DNA from: Verrucomicrobiota bacterium
GTDB taxonomy: Bacteria; Verrucomicrobiota; Verrucomicrobiia; Limisphaerales; AAA164-E04
Length of the DNA stretch: 64,000 nucleotides
Direction of reading: 5' to 3'
Assembly (NCBI GenBank): GCA_047947115.1
Contig: CP170459.1
Coordinates: forward strand, 2,208,001-2,272,000
A program made the position numbers and the translations under genes. The notes under the pieces were generated by a model, which had not been told where the DNA came from, ran no database searches, and was given only the letters and a program-made list of their open reading frames with translations. The stretch's first letter is position 1. Every line of letters starts with the position of its first letter. Positions 1-9,258 of this stretch are shown one piece after another.

Positions 1-1295
1 GCGTTGTAGCCGAGTTCGTCGGTGGCTCCAAAGTTGACGCCCCCCTGAACACCTCCACCGCAGAGCCACATGCTGAAGCCTTTGATGTGATGGTCGCGTC
101 CGGGGTTCTGTCCTTTGCCCTGGAACATGGGGGTGCGACCGAATTCGCCTCCCCAGATGATGAGTGTGTCCTCCAGTAAACCGCGTTGCTTGAGGTCGGA
201 GATCAACGCATACGTGGGTTTGTCGGTGAGTCCGCAACAAGTATTCATGTATGGAACGAGATCGCCGTGGTGATCCCATCCCCGGTGGTAAAGGTGAATG
301 AATCGGACACCGCGTTCGGCGAGTCGTCGGGCCAGTAGGCAGTTGGCGGCGTAGCTTCCGTCCGAACCTTCTGTACCATACATGTCCAGAATGTGCTGTG
401 GTTCGTTGGACAGGTCCATCAGTTCAGGAACACTTGCCTGCATACGAAAAGCCATTTCGTAGGCGCTGATACGGGTTTCAATTTCCGGGTCCAGGCGGTG
501 TGGGTGTTGGATTTGGTTCAGTTCTTGAACTGTGGAAACCAATCGTCGTTGTCGGTCTCGTGAGATGCCGTTGGGGTTGCGGACGTAGTGCACGGGATCC
601 CCGCTGGACTGGAATTCCACCCCCTGAAATCGACTCGGCAGAAAGCCGCTGTGCCATTGACGGGCGGCGATGGGTTGGGGGTTGCGCCCACCGACACTGG
701 TCAACACCACAAAGCCCGGAAGATTTTCGCTCGCACTGCCCAGTCCATAGGTGATCCAGGATCCCATACTGGGACGTCCGGAGATCGATGTGCCGGTGTT
801 CATGACCGTGTGGGCGGGGTCGTGATTGATCTGATCGGTGATCATGGATCGTACGATCGCGATTTCATCAGCCGCCTTTGCGGTCCAGGGCAGGAAATCG
901 CTGATTTCCTGTCCGGATTGACCGTATTTTTTGAACGTGGTCATAGGACCCAGGCATTTGAGTTCTTTTCCCTGGAGCTGGGCGATGGGTTGACCTTTGG
1001 TGAAACTTTCGGGCATCGGTTGGCCGTCGAGTTTGGCCAGCGTGGGTTTGGGGTCGAAGGTTTCCAGGTGCGAGGGACCCCCGGCCATGCAAAGGAAGAT
1101 GACACGTTTTGCTTTGACAGGCAGGTTGGGGAATCCAGTGACGCCGGGCGCATTAGGTGATTGTTTGATGGCGTCGGCGAGCAGGGTCGAGGGTTGCCAG
1201 AGTGAGTGCAGGGCGGCGGTTCCGAGTCCCATCGACGCGCGACTGAGAAAGGTGCGGCGGTTCCATTCCTGCGCAAAGCGGCTGAGTTTTTCCAT
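1..1295 (-). CDS. DUF1501 domain-containing protein (Tat-type N-terminus), runs off the left edge
   Basis: Manual translation from ATG at 1295: MEKLSRFAQEWNRRTFLSRASMGLG...KAKRVIFLCMAGGPSHLETFDPKP...GWDHH...WGGEFGRTP...GRDHH, all typical DUF1501 motifs. Lies directly downstream of the DUF1549/DUF1553 gene. Confidence 0.9.
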   Translation of the reverse strand, partial: MEKLSRFAQEWNRRTFLSRASMGLGTAALHSLWQPSTLLADAIKQSPNAPGVTGFPNLPVKAKRVIFLCMAGGPSHLETFDPKPTLAKLDGQPMPESFTKGQPIAQLQGKELKCLGPMTTFKKYGQSGQEISDFLPWTAKAADEIAIVRSMITDQINHDPAHTVMNTGTSISGRPSMGSWITYGLGSASENLPGFVVLTSVGGRNPQPIAARQWHSGFLPSRFQGVEFQSSGDPVHYVRNPNGISRDRQRRLVSTVQELNQIQHPHRLDPEIETRISAYEMAFRMQASVPELMDLSNEPQHILDMYGTEGSDGSYAANCLLARRLAERGVRFIHLYHRGWDHHGDLVPYMNTCCGLTDKPTYALISDLKQRGLLEDTLIIWGGEFGRTPMFQGKGQNPGRDHHIKGFSMWLCGGGVQGGVNFGATDELGYN

Positions 1296-1327
1296 GATCT
1301 TTGTTCGTGTGAAAAATAGGGGAAGGT

Positions 1328-3691
1328 TCAATAACGCATGATCCCTTCGTGCAGATTGAGCAGAGCGCGGGCGACACTGGTCCAGGCTGCTCTTTCCGCC
1401 AGGGTTTGATGGTCTGTATGGGTTTCTGCTTCGATCTGTAAAAAGTCAATCGCTTCCTCGGGATTGTCGGCAAAGGCATTGCGTTCGGATGCGTGATAGC
1501 TCGTCAGAATGTCGAGTTCTTCCTTTAAAGGTTTTCTGGATAATGCCTGTTGCCATGCCCAGTTGACCTTGTCTGTTGTGGACTTGGCCGGGGCAGCCTC
1601 GATGCGTTGGGCAAAGTGGCGGGCTGCTTCGGTGAAACTCGGATCGTTCAGCAGGGTGAGCGCCGCCAGAGGAGTGTTCGAGACGGGGCGTTCGGCCGAG
1701 CCTTCCTCTCGGCTGGGGGCGTCGAATGCCTTGAGCATTGGATGAAGAAAGATGCGTTGCCAGTGTGTGTAAACACCACGTCGGTATTGGTTGTGGCCTT
1801 CGTCCGGTTTGTACGTGCGGGTGGGGAAATTCAAATGCTGGTAGTAGCCTGCCGGTTGATAAGGTTTGACGCTGCGTCCGCCGAGCCGTTCAACCAACAG
1901 TCCGCTTAGTTTGAGCGAACGATCCCTGATGAATTCGGCATCGATACGAAAGGCGTTTTGGCGCGCCCAGAACCGGTTCCCGGGATCTGTTGCCGTCAGT
2001 TCCGGACGTGGGGTGGAAGCCTGAAGGTAGGCGCTGGAGGTGACAATCAATTCCACCATGTGTTTGATGTTCCACCCGCTGTCGCGAAATTCCACCGCGA
2101 GCCAGTCAAGCAGTTCCGGGTGATCGGGCGCTTGTCCCTGGGCGCCCAGATCGTCGAGGCGTCGCGAGAGCCCTTTGCCGAAGTAGAGTTTCCAGAGGCG
2201 ATTGACGAAAACGCGTCCGGTCAGAGGGTGGTCGGGACGGAAGAGCCAGTTGGCCAGATCTAGCCGGGTGGGGCGACCTTCGGCTGCAAGTGGAGGCAGG
2301 AATGACGGGGTGGCAGGCTCTACGATTTCACCCGATTCGTCCAGCCAGTTGCCGCGTGGCAGGATGCGCATGGTGCGGGGTTCGACCTGCATGCTGACCA
2401 TGCAGGGGGCGAATTCCTGTTCGATGGTTTTCTGGCGTTGCTGGAGACTGGCCAGGGTGTATCGCTGTGAAGAGTCGTTGGTGGAAATGTCATTTTTGAA
2501 GGATTGTATGGCTTCATTCAAAGAAACCAGTTCCGCGTATTGGGTGAGGTTCCAGGCTTTGATCTCCGGATCGCGTTTGGTTGGGATGGCGTTGGGCGCA
2601 TTGAAGGCGCCCTGTTCTTTCAGATCGGCGAAGAACGACGCCAGGCTGTAGAAATCCCTGGTCGTATAGGGATCGTATTTGTGGTTGTGACATTCGGCGC
2701 AACCGGTTGTAGCTCCGAGCCAGACGAGGCCGAAGTTGCGAACACGGTCCGCGGCATACTTCGCCAGGTATTCTTTGTCCTGCACACCTCCTTCGTGGGA
2801 AGTTTGCAGCAAGCGGTTGTAACCGGAGGCGACTTTCTGCCAGAGGCCGGCATCAGGAAGGAGGTCTCCTGCCAGTTGCTCTCGGGTGAACTGGTCGTAG
2901 GGTAGGTTTTCGTTGAAGGATTTGATCACGTAATCGCGGTAAGGACTGATGCTGTGATCCTGATCTCCGTGGTAACCGACCGTATCGGCAAAGCGAACCA
3001 GGTCCAGCCAATGGGATGCCATCCGTTCGCCGAAGGCAGGTGAATGAATCAAACTGCGGACGTAGTCAAGCAGACCGTCTTTTTCCATGGCCTGAGCGAA
3101 ACGCGTCACGTCGTCGGGTGAAGGGGGCAATCCGGTCAGGTCGAAGTGCAGACGCCGGGCCAGCGTGCTGATGGTGGCGGTGGGGGACGGTTTCAGATTC
3201 CTTGCTTCCAGTTCGGCCAGGATAAAACGATCCACCGGTTGGCGGGGCCATGCGTTGTCCTGGACCGCTGGCAGATCTGGGCGAATCGGGGGGGCGTAGG
3301 CCCAATGAGTTTCGTAGGACGCACCTTGGGCGATCCATTGACGGATGGTTTCGATTTCTTCGGTCGACAGTGTTTTGCCAGAGTCCGGCGGGGGCATGAG
3401 GTCGTCTTTGTCGGTGGTGACGAGGCGGGCGAGGAGTTCGCTGGCTTTCGGATCGCCGGGCACGATCGCTGCGTAGCCCCCCAGATCTGCCAGAGCGCCT
3501 GCAGCAGTGTCGAGGCGCAGGTCGGCTTTGCGTTCTTCTTCATCGGGACCATGGCAGAAGAAGCATTTGTCGGAGAGGATGGGGCGGATGTCGCGGTTGA
3601 ACTGGATGGGCCCTTCGGCGCCGAGTTGGAGCATCAGGCCAAGCCAGAGACCGACGGATATGCGAGGGATCAGATGTCTGTCGAGTTTCAT
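1328..3691 (-). CDS. Planctomycete cytochrome c + DUF1549 (PSCyt2) + DUF1553 (PSD1) protein
   Basis: Signal peptide; FNRDIRPILSDKCFFCHG; second CAECHNHKYDP; RRLHFDLTGLPP; HPELLDWLA; NTPLAALTLLND. Confidence 0.92.
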   Translation of the reverse strand: MKLDRHLIPRISVGLWLGLMLQLGAEGPIQFNRDIRPILSDKCFFCHGPDEEERKADLRLDTAAGALADLGGYAAIVPGDPKASELLARLVTTDKDDLMPPPDSGKTLSTEEIETIRQWIAQGASYETHWAYAPPIRPDLPAVQDNAWPRQPVDRFILAELEARNLKPSPTATISTLARRLHFDLTGLPPSPDDVTRFAQAMEKDGLLDYVRSLIHSPAFGERMASHWLDLVRFADTVGYHGDQDHSISPYRDYVIKSFNENLPYDQFTREQLAGDLLPDAGLWQKVASGYNRLLQTSHEGGVQDKEYLAKYAADRVRNFGLVWLGATTGCAECHNHKYDPYTTRDFYSLASFFADLKEQGAFNAPNAIPTKRDPEIKAWNLTQYAELVSLNEAIQSFKNDISTNDSSQRYTLASLQQRQKTIEQEFAPCMVSMQVEPRTMRILPRGNWLDESGEIVEPATPSFLPPLAAEGRPTRLDLANWLFRPDHPLTGRVFVNRLWKLYFGKGLSRRLDDLGAQGQAPDHPELLDWLAVEFRDSGWNIKHMVELIVTSSAYLQASTPRPELTATDPGNRFWARQNAFRIDAEFIRDRSLKLSGLLVERLGGRSVKPYQPAGYYQHLNFPTRTYKPDEGHNQYRRGVYTHWQRIFLHPMLKAFDAPSREEGSAERPVSNTPLAALTLLNDPSFTEAARHFAQRIEAAPAKSTTDKVNWAWQQALSRKPLKEELDILTSYHASERNAFADNPEEAIDFLQIEAETHTDHQTLAERAAWTSVARALLNLHEGIMRY

Positions 3692-3739
3692 GAAATAATC
3701 ATTTGATGAATGGATGACCTCTTGGGTTCCGTTGATTTG

Positions 3740-5620
3740 TCAGAGGCGATTGGCAAAAAAGTCCAGACGTCGTTTTACTTCGTTTTTGCCTTCTGGATCC
3801 TTCAATTGTGTGACGTCGAATGGATACCCCATGGATGGATCATGAAAAAAAGCTGCCGCGTTGAGAGTGATCAAGGCAACGAGATCTCCATGGTTTTCGT
3901 TCAGCACCTGGTAAAAAGTCGGGCGCGGATCTTGTTGACCAAGGATGCTGAGGAATTCGGCGGCGCGCACTCTCACCAGAGGATCTTCGGCTTCCAATTG
4001 CTGCCTGGCTTTATCCGCCATTGGAGCCGCCTCTTTGCCCAGAACGCTGCAGGCGGTCAGGGCCCAGTAACGGATCAGGGGGGATTGACTGTTCATGGCT
4101 CGGGTCAAACGCTTCTCAGCCTGTTCAAACGGGAGCAGCGCTAGATTGGCCACGTTGATCAATTGTTTGATCTCGCGGGTGTGTTCCCGACCATAGGCGA
4201 TGCCGTCTTTGAGCGCGTGCTCCGCCATGTAGCTTTCCGGATAGGCACTCAGGTCGTTGATCGCGATCATTTTTCGGTTCAAACGATCACGCATGGATTC
4301 CAGCATGGCGGCATGACCGGGTTCGTTGGCCAGGTTGTTGATTTCGTGGGGATCTTTACGGAGATCGAACAACATTTCGGCGGGTTTGCTTTTGAAGAAA
4401 GCGGACTGGACTTCATTGAGTTCGCCTTTGCGAAAGAGTTCGCGCCACTCTGCGTATGCCAGCATGCGGTAGCGGTAGTTGTTTTGCAGTCCGTCGGGGT
4501 AGTAGGCCTGGAAGTTTCGGATGTATTTGAAATGCCCTTTGCGGAGGGAACGGCACATTTCGTATTTTTCATCAAAACGATCGGCGTAGCCAAAGGTTTC
4601 ATCACGGTATTCAAGCATGGCGGGGGTGATATCCGGTCCAAGAAACGGCGCGCCGTCCAAAGCGCCAGGCACCTTCAGTCCGGCCAGGTGCAGCAAGGTG
4701 GGCCCGAAGTCGATGAAGCTCACGAATGCATCCAGTTTAGACCCGATTTCCAGAGGGATTTCCGAGCGCCATTTTTCGGGGATGCGAATGACCAGCGGTA
4801 CGTGCAGTCCGGATTCGTAGAGGTAACCTTTGCCCCGGGGCAGTACGCCTCCATGATCGCCGAAGTAAAAGATGAAAGTGTTTTCCAGGAGATTGTCTGC
4901 TTTGAGCTGGTCGACGAGTTTGCCGATCTGTTGGTCGACTTGTTCGATGCGGTCGAAGTAACGCGCCTGGGTGAATCGAAATGTCGGTGTGTCCGGGTGG
5001 TAAGGGGCGACGTAAACATCGTTGGCGGGTGTTTTCGGGGGCTCCTCGGTAAAGGCTTCCTTCGGGAAATGCAGGGAACTTTCGTGGGTGACGCCAAAGG
5101 TTTGCATGTGAAAGAAGGGAGTGTCATCGCTTGGGCGGTTGCGCCATGAAGCGTTCTTGGAGGACTCATCCCACACACATTCGCCTTCCACCACGTTGTA
5201 GTCCTTTTTATTGTTGTTGGTGGTGTAGTAGCCGGCCTGCCTCAGGAAGGCGGGCCACATTTGGATGCCTTCCGGCAGGTGGGCGAGGGTGTGTTTGCGG
5301 TGGTATTGAAAGCCTGCCTTGGGGGCGAGGATGCCGGTCATCAAGGTGGTGCGAGCCACCGAGCACACCGGAGCGTTCGAAAAGGCATGCCTGAACAAGA
5401 GTCCTTCTTTTGCCAGGGATTCAATGGTCGGGGTGGCCCCGTATTCGGAGCCATACAGCTCCATATAATGCTTGGAGTTGTCTTCGGATAAGATGAAAAC
5501 GAAATTCGGTTTTTCACCTGCAGCCGCTGTGGCAAGAGTGAATGGCATGAACAATGTGAGAGCAATCAATGCCCATGCGCATGCTGAAATCATTCGAATG
5601 TGTTTTGATGACGGGTGCAT
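3740..5620 (-). CDS. Sulfatase (S1 family) with C-terminal HEAT-like extension
   Basis: KPNFVFILSED, CSVARTTLMTG (CxxxR formylglycine motif), GDHGG. Start trimmed to 5620 (or 5593) ahead of the signal peptide. Confidence 0.9.
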   Translation of the reverse strand: MHPSSKHIRMISACAWALIALTLFMPFTLATAAAGEKPNFVFILSEDNSKHYMELYGSEYGATPTIESLAKEGLLFRHAFSNAPVCSVARTTLMTGILAPKAGFQYHRKHTLAHLPEGIQMWPAFLRQAGYYTTNNNKKDYNVVEGECVWDESSKNASWRNRPSDDTPFFHMQTFGVTHESSLHFPKEAFTEEPPKTPANDVYVAPYHPDTPTFRFTQARYFDRIEQVDQQIGKLVDQLKADNLLENTFIFYFGDHGGVLPRGKGYLYESGLHVPLVIRIPEKWRSEIPLEIGSKLDAFVSFIDFGPTLLHLAGLKVPGALDGAPFLGPDITPAMLEYRDETFGYADRFDEKYEMCRSLRKGHFKYIRNFQAYYPDGLQNNYRYRMLAYAEWRELFRKGELNEVQSAFFKSKPAEMLFDLRKDPHEINNLANEPGHAAMLESMRDRLNRKMIAINDLSAYPESYMAEHALKDGIAYGREHTREIKQLINVANLALLPFEQAEKRLTRAMNSQSPLIRYWALTACSVLGKEAAPMADKARQQLEAEDPLVRVRAAEFLSILGQQDPRPTFYQVLNENHGDLVALITLNAAAFFHDPSMGYPFDVTQLKDPEGKNEVKRRLDFFANRL

Positions 5621-5767
5621 GGCCACATTAGAACGGTAAACGTCCGGATTGGCAATACTCCGGGTGGCGCGGCCATGGTGGGTTTCCTTTGGTGGATGAA
5701 ATTTGGGGATGGGGATCGGAGGATTGCGCGCCAGGGACACGCGAGCTGCCAGTGCGTTGATGAACGA

Positions 5768-5797
5768 GGCGGGATCTGCATCCTTGCAGATCCCGCC
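5768..5797. terminator. Perfect GC-rich hairpin, probable terminator
   Basis: GGCGGGATCTGCA-TCCT-TGCAGATCCCGCC, just downstream of the 5825-6408 gene. No clear U-tract. Confidence 0.5.
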
Positions 5798-5824
5798 CGT
5801 TTGGCTTGTGTGTTGTGGTGTGGG

Positions 5825-6408
5825 TTATTGATTATATCGCTCGCAGGCCCCGAGGCCATGTTCATCCCCTTTGCCCTTGCCGTTTCCTTTTCCTTTACCC
5901 TGGCCATCTCCATTCCCGTTTCCGTGTCCATTGTTCGGGTGTTTGGTTCCGATTCCGTTTTCTTGACCTTTCCCTTTCCCATTTCCAGTCCCGTGCGAAC
6001 CGTGGTTGCCGGATTGAGGCGAGCTCAAGGCATGCTTGCTGGCCCATTCGATGGCTTTCTAGTAGGGGGGGAGCTTTTTTGGGCCGAGTTTTTGATCAAG
6101 GATGCCTCTTCAGGACATGCTTGTGTGAGGTTACGGACCAAAAAAGGCAAGGTCTGCGGGTGTGAAGTGGCAATGGATTCTATGATTTCCTGAATGCAAT
6201 GCTGCTTGTTATCCGAATGTTGAACGATCTTTGTTGCCTCCACCGGTATCTCAGCCACCTTACATTTCTGTAGTGCGACATGAGTTGATTTGCCGGAACG
6301 TGACCCAGGGCCCGCATGCAGGGCGGATGCTCCGATGAGTATGGATATCGAACAGATGGAGACACGCCAATCCATTCGCCGTAAAACGTCGTTGTAATGT
6401 TTTTTCAT
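5825..6408 (-). CDS. Secreted hypothetical protein with Gly/Asn/Lys-rich tail, split by an apparent single frameshift near 6055-6060
   Basis: ORF 6025-6408 has an SD (AAGGAGG), a signal peptide and a helical domain. The Gly-rich ORF 5825-6028 is joined by one extra A at AGA AAG (TR-KAIEWASKHALSSPQSGN...). Confidence 0.55.
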
Positions 6409-6825
6409 TTTTCCTCCTTGTTGGTGTCAATAACCCAGAAATAGGGGGTATTTCTCGTGATTGACGTCGTATATTCACTCGAAAAAATGTTTAAAAATCA
6501 AGTAAAAAAGTCGCATTTTCGATATAAAAGTGAAACCACAAGTGAAGCGCGAGATGAACTCGGACGGCCAGTCTGCTCGGTTTTCCGCCGGGGACGGCTT
6601 TCGCTAAGTTATTCTGACCCTAACCGTTCTTTGGTGCGGTCTGCCTTGAGGCATGATGGGTGGTTTTACTTTTTATGTGCGGCGGATGAATCAACCTTCT
6701 GCCAGGGGATTCAGTGTAGCTTATTGCCAAGATATCCGATGTCGTATCAAGCTTCATCCGTCCTGAGTGCTGTGCGACGCATTTTACGCTTGTCGAAATG
6801 GGAGTGTCCTTTTCAACTGGGTCTC

Positions 6826-8064
6826 ATGAACCGTTTTTTCATTCTATTGATGTTTGCTATTGTAGTGTGTCCGAATCTGGATGCACGCGAGGCAAAGGAA
6901 TATGACAAGGACGTCAATTATGACGAGGAACGGATCCCTGATTATGACCTGCCCCCGCTTTTGGTTTCTTCCTTGGGGAAACCCATCACCACTCCAGAAG
7001 AATGGTTTTCGATTCGTCGGCCTGAGATTCTCTCTCTCTTTGCGAATGTGGTTTATGGCCGTGTGCCTGAACCGGCGTATCCCGTGAACGTCCGGTTTGA
7101 GGTGGTGGAAACCGATCCACAGTTCATGAGGGGCAAAGCGACTCGCAAGGATGTTAAAATTCATCTGGAAAATGAGAATGGTCGGATGGCGATGCATTTT
7201 CTGGTGTTTTCTCCAAACAAGGCAACGAAACCGGCACCTGCCTTCTTCAAGCATAGTTTCAATAACACCCAATCAGATGATTTCGATGCCTCCACAAAAC
7301 GTCCGGGGTTTTTGAAAAATGGTTGGCCGTTAGGGGAAATGTTTGATCGGGGTTATGGGTTTTGTGCGGTGTATCAGCAGGACCTGGTCAAACACAATGA
7401 AGTGGAATTCCTGAGCAGTATTCACAAGTTGTTTTATCCGAAGGGGCAAAGCTTTCCAAAAGCGCATGAGTGGGGTGTTCTATCAGTCTGTGCCTGGGGT
7501 GCCAGTCGGGGAATGGATTATTTGGAAACCGATCCAGACATAGACCACACACGTATTGCCATCATGGGGCATTCCAAGATGGGGAAGGCTACTTTGTGGA
7601 CCGCCGCCCAGGATGAGCGTTTTGCCTTGGCGATTTCTGCTCAATCGGGATGCGCTGGAGCTGCCTTGTGGCGTCGGAAATCGGGTGAAACACTCAAAAA
7701 AATGGTCACTCGTTTCCCTTACTGGTTATGTCGTAATGCGTGGAAATTCGTAGAACAGGAGGATGATATGCCAGTTGATCAACATATGCTGCTGGCCTGT
7801 ATCGCTCCCAGACCGGTTTACGTTCACAGTGCCGCCGGGGATACCTGGGCGGATGCTCGTGGTGAATACCTGTCTGCTTACCATGCCAGCGAGGTTTACC
7901 GTTTGTTGGGTAAAAAGGGTCTGGAATCCTCGGAAACCCCTGATCTGCGCCAACCCATCCAGGATTCGGAAGTGGGTTACCACATACGTGAGGGTGGGCA
8001 TTCCATTGAAATGTATGATTGGGTGCAGTTTATGGATTTTGCTGACCACCATTTCAAACCTTGA
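6826..8064 (+). CDS. CE15-like (glucuronoyl esterase family) alpha/beta hydrolase
   Basis: GHSKMGK nucleophile elbow, SGCAGAAL, DQHMLLACIAPRP, YHIREGGH. Signal peptide from ATG 6826. Confidence 0.85.
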   Translation: MNRFFILLMFAIVVCPNLDAREAKEYDKDVNYDEERIPDYDLPPLLVSSLGKPITTPEEWFSIRRPEILSLFANVVYGRVPEPAYPVNVRFEVVETDPQFMRGKATRKDVKIHLENENGRMAMHFLVFSPNKATKPAPAFFKHSFNNTQSDDFDASTKRPGFLKNGWPLGEMFDRGYGFCAVYQQDLVKHNEVEFLSSIHKLFYPKGQSFPKAHEWGVLSVCAWGASRGMDYLETDPDIDHTRIAIMGHSKMGKATLWTAAQDERFALAISAQSGCAGAALWRRKSGETLKKMVTRFPYWLCRNAWKFVEQEDDMPVDQHMLLACIAPRPVYVHSAAGDTWADARGEYLSAYHASEVYRLLGKKGLESSETPDLRQPIQDSEVGYHIREGGHSIEMYDWVQFMDFADHHFKP

Positions 8065-8239
8065 TGGTGGACACATCCTGTCCCAGGTTGGAAGGCTTTA
8101 TCGGGGAGGAGGTTGATAGAGGATGCAGAATGTCCATTTTCACTCATCGTTTCTGTTACCTTTGGTGTATCTCCGTTGTCTCCAAGTATCGGTATTTTAA
8201 CCAAGGAGATTATTGCTCTCATCAAAACAATAAACAATC

Positions 8240-9178
8240 ATGCACTGGACTAAAAGAAACGCACTACTACTCATGCTCGTTGCCGTTGGTTTGACCGGCA
8301 TCGACTGGACAACACATGCTCGCAGTTTTCGGGTCAACATGATGCCCAACGGAAATGTCAATGACTGCTCCAACTGTCATGTCAGCCCTTTTGGGGGCGG
8401 CAGGAGGACGCCTTTTGGGGAGGCGGTCCGTTCCATCGTCGGAGGCGGTACAAACCGGCCTTTTTGGGATGCAGCATTGGCTGCTTTGGATTCGGATGGC
8501 GATGGTTTCACAAATGGGGAAGAGCTGGGGGATCCCGATGGGGACGGGGTTCCCACGCCGGGCGCCCAGGTGACCAATCCAGGAGTTGCGAGTGATTTTC
8601 CCGACATTGTTGAGCCGGAACCGGAACCTGTCTCCACCACCTTGCACATCGCTGCCGATGGCAAAAACCTCACCCTTACCTGGGAAGAAGGGGGTGTGTT
8701 GGAATCGGCCCGTAGTCCGCAAGGGCCATGGGAAGCGGTGGATGGAGCCAATAGTCCTCATCAAGTGGTGGCCGATGGCGCCATGAGCTTTTATCGGGTG
8801 GGGGATGGGTCAGGAGGGCAGACCTTCACCTTGCGTCTGTCGGCTGCACCGGGAGTGACCAGTGGTGGTTCCGGATCAGGGACCATCTCCATTGATGGGA
8901 ACCAGCTTTCCATTCATGTTCGCTACAGCGGTTTGACCGGGGATTTCACAGCGGCTCACCTGCATGGACCGGCGGATGTCGGCGGGAGTGCAGGGGTTCT
9001 TTTTGCCGTGGATGGAGAAGAACTGCATCAGGCTGAAGGATCCCATGCGGGGGCCTTTATTGGTAGTGGCGAAGTTTCGGATGACACCATCGAGGCTTTG
9101 TTGGGTGGCAAGGCTTACTTGAACGTTCATTCTTCCGCCAGTCCTGGGGGAGAAATCCGCGCTCACATTCTTCCTTGA
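8240..9178 (+). CDS. Secreted protein: temptin-like/CxxCH N-terminal domain + short beta domain + CHRD domain
   Basis: CSNCH, DSDGDGFTNGEELGDP. C-terminal AAHLHGPA...YLNVHSSASPGGEIRAHI is the CHRD signature. Confidence 0.8.
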   Translation: MHWTKRNALLLMLVAVGLTGIDWTTHARSFRVNMMPNGNVNDCSNCHVSPFGGGRRTPFGEAVRSIVGGGTNRPFWDAALAALDSDGDGFTNGEELGDPDGDGVPTPGAQVTNPGVASDFPDIVEPEPEPVSTTLHIAADGKNLTLTWEEGGVLESARSPQGPWEAVDGANSPHQVVADGAMSFYRVGDGSGGQTFTLRLSAAPGVTSGGSGSGTISIDGNQLSIHVRYSGLTGDFTAAHLHGPADVGGSAGVLFAVDGEELHQAEGSHAGAFIGSGEVSDDTIEALLGGKAYLNVHSSASPGGEIRAHILP

Positions 9179-9183
9179 GCAAC

Positions 9184-9258
9184 AAAAAGAGTGCGACTTG
9201 CGGTCGCACTCTCTGAAATCCTTCATCAAGCTCCCGGGTTTTGCCTGGGAGCTTTTTA
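9184..9258. terminator. Two back-to-back rho-independent terminators between convergent genes
   Basis: AAAAAGAGTGCGAC-TTGCG-GTCGCACTCT (for the minus-strand gene) and AAGCTCCCGGG-TTTTG-CCTGGGAGCTTTTT (for the plus-strand gene). Confidence 0.75.

Noticed and set aside
6457..6825. 123-aa N-terminal extension of the CE15-like ORF, and similar extensions at 47671-47994 and 60315-60608
   Set aside because: Signal peptides begin at the downstream ATGs, and the extensions look like intergenic or repeat sequence.
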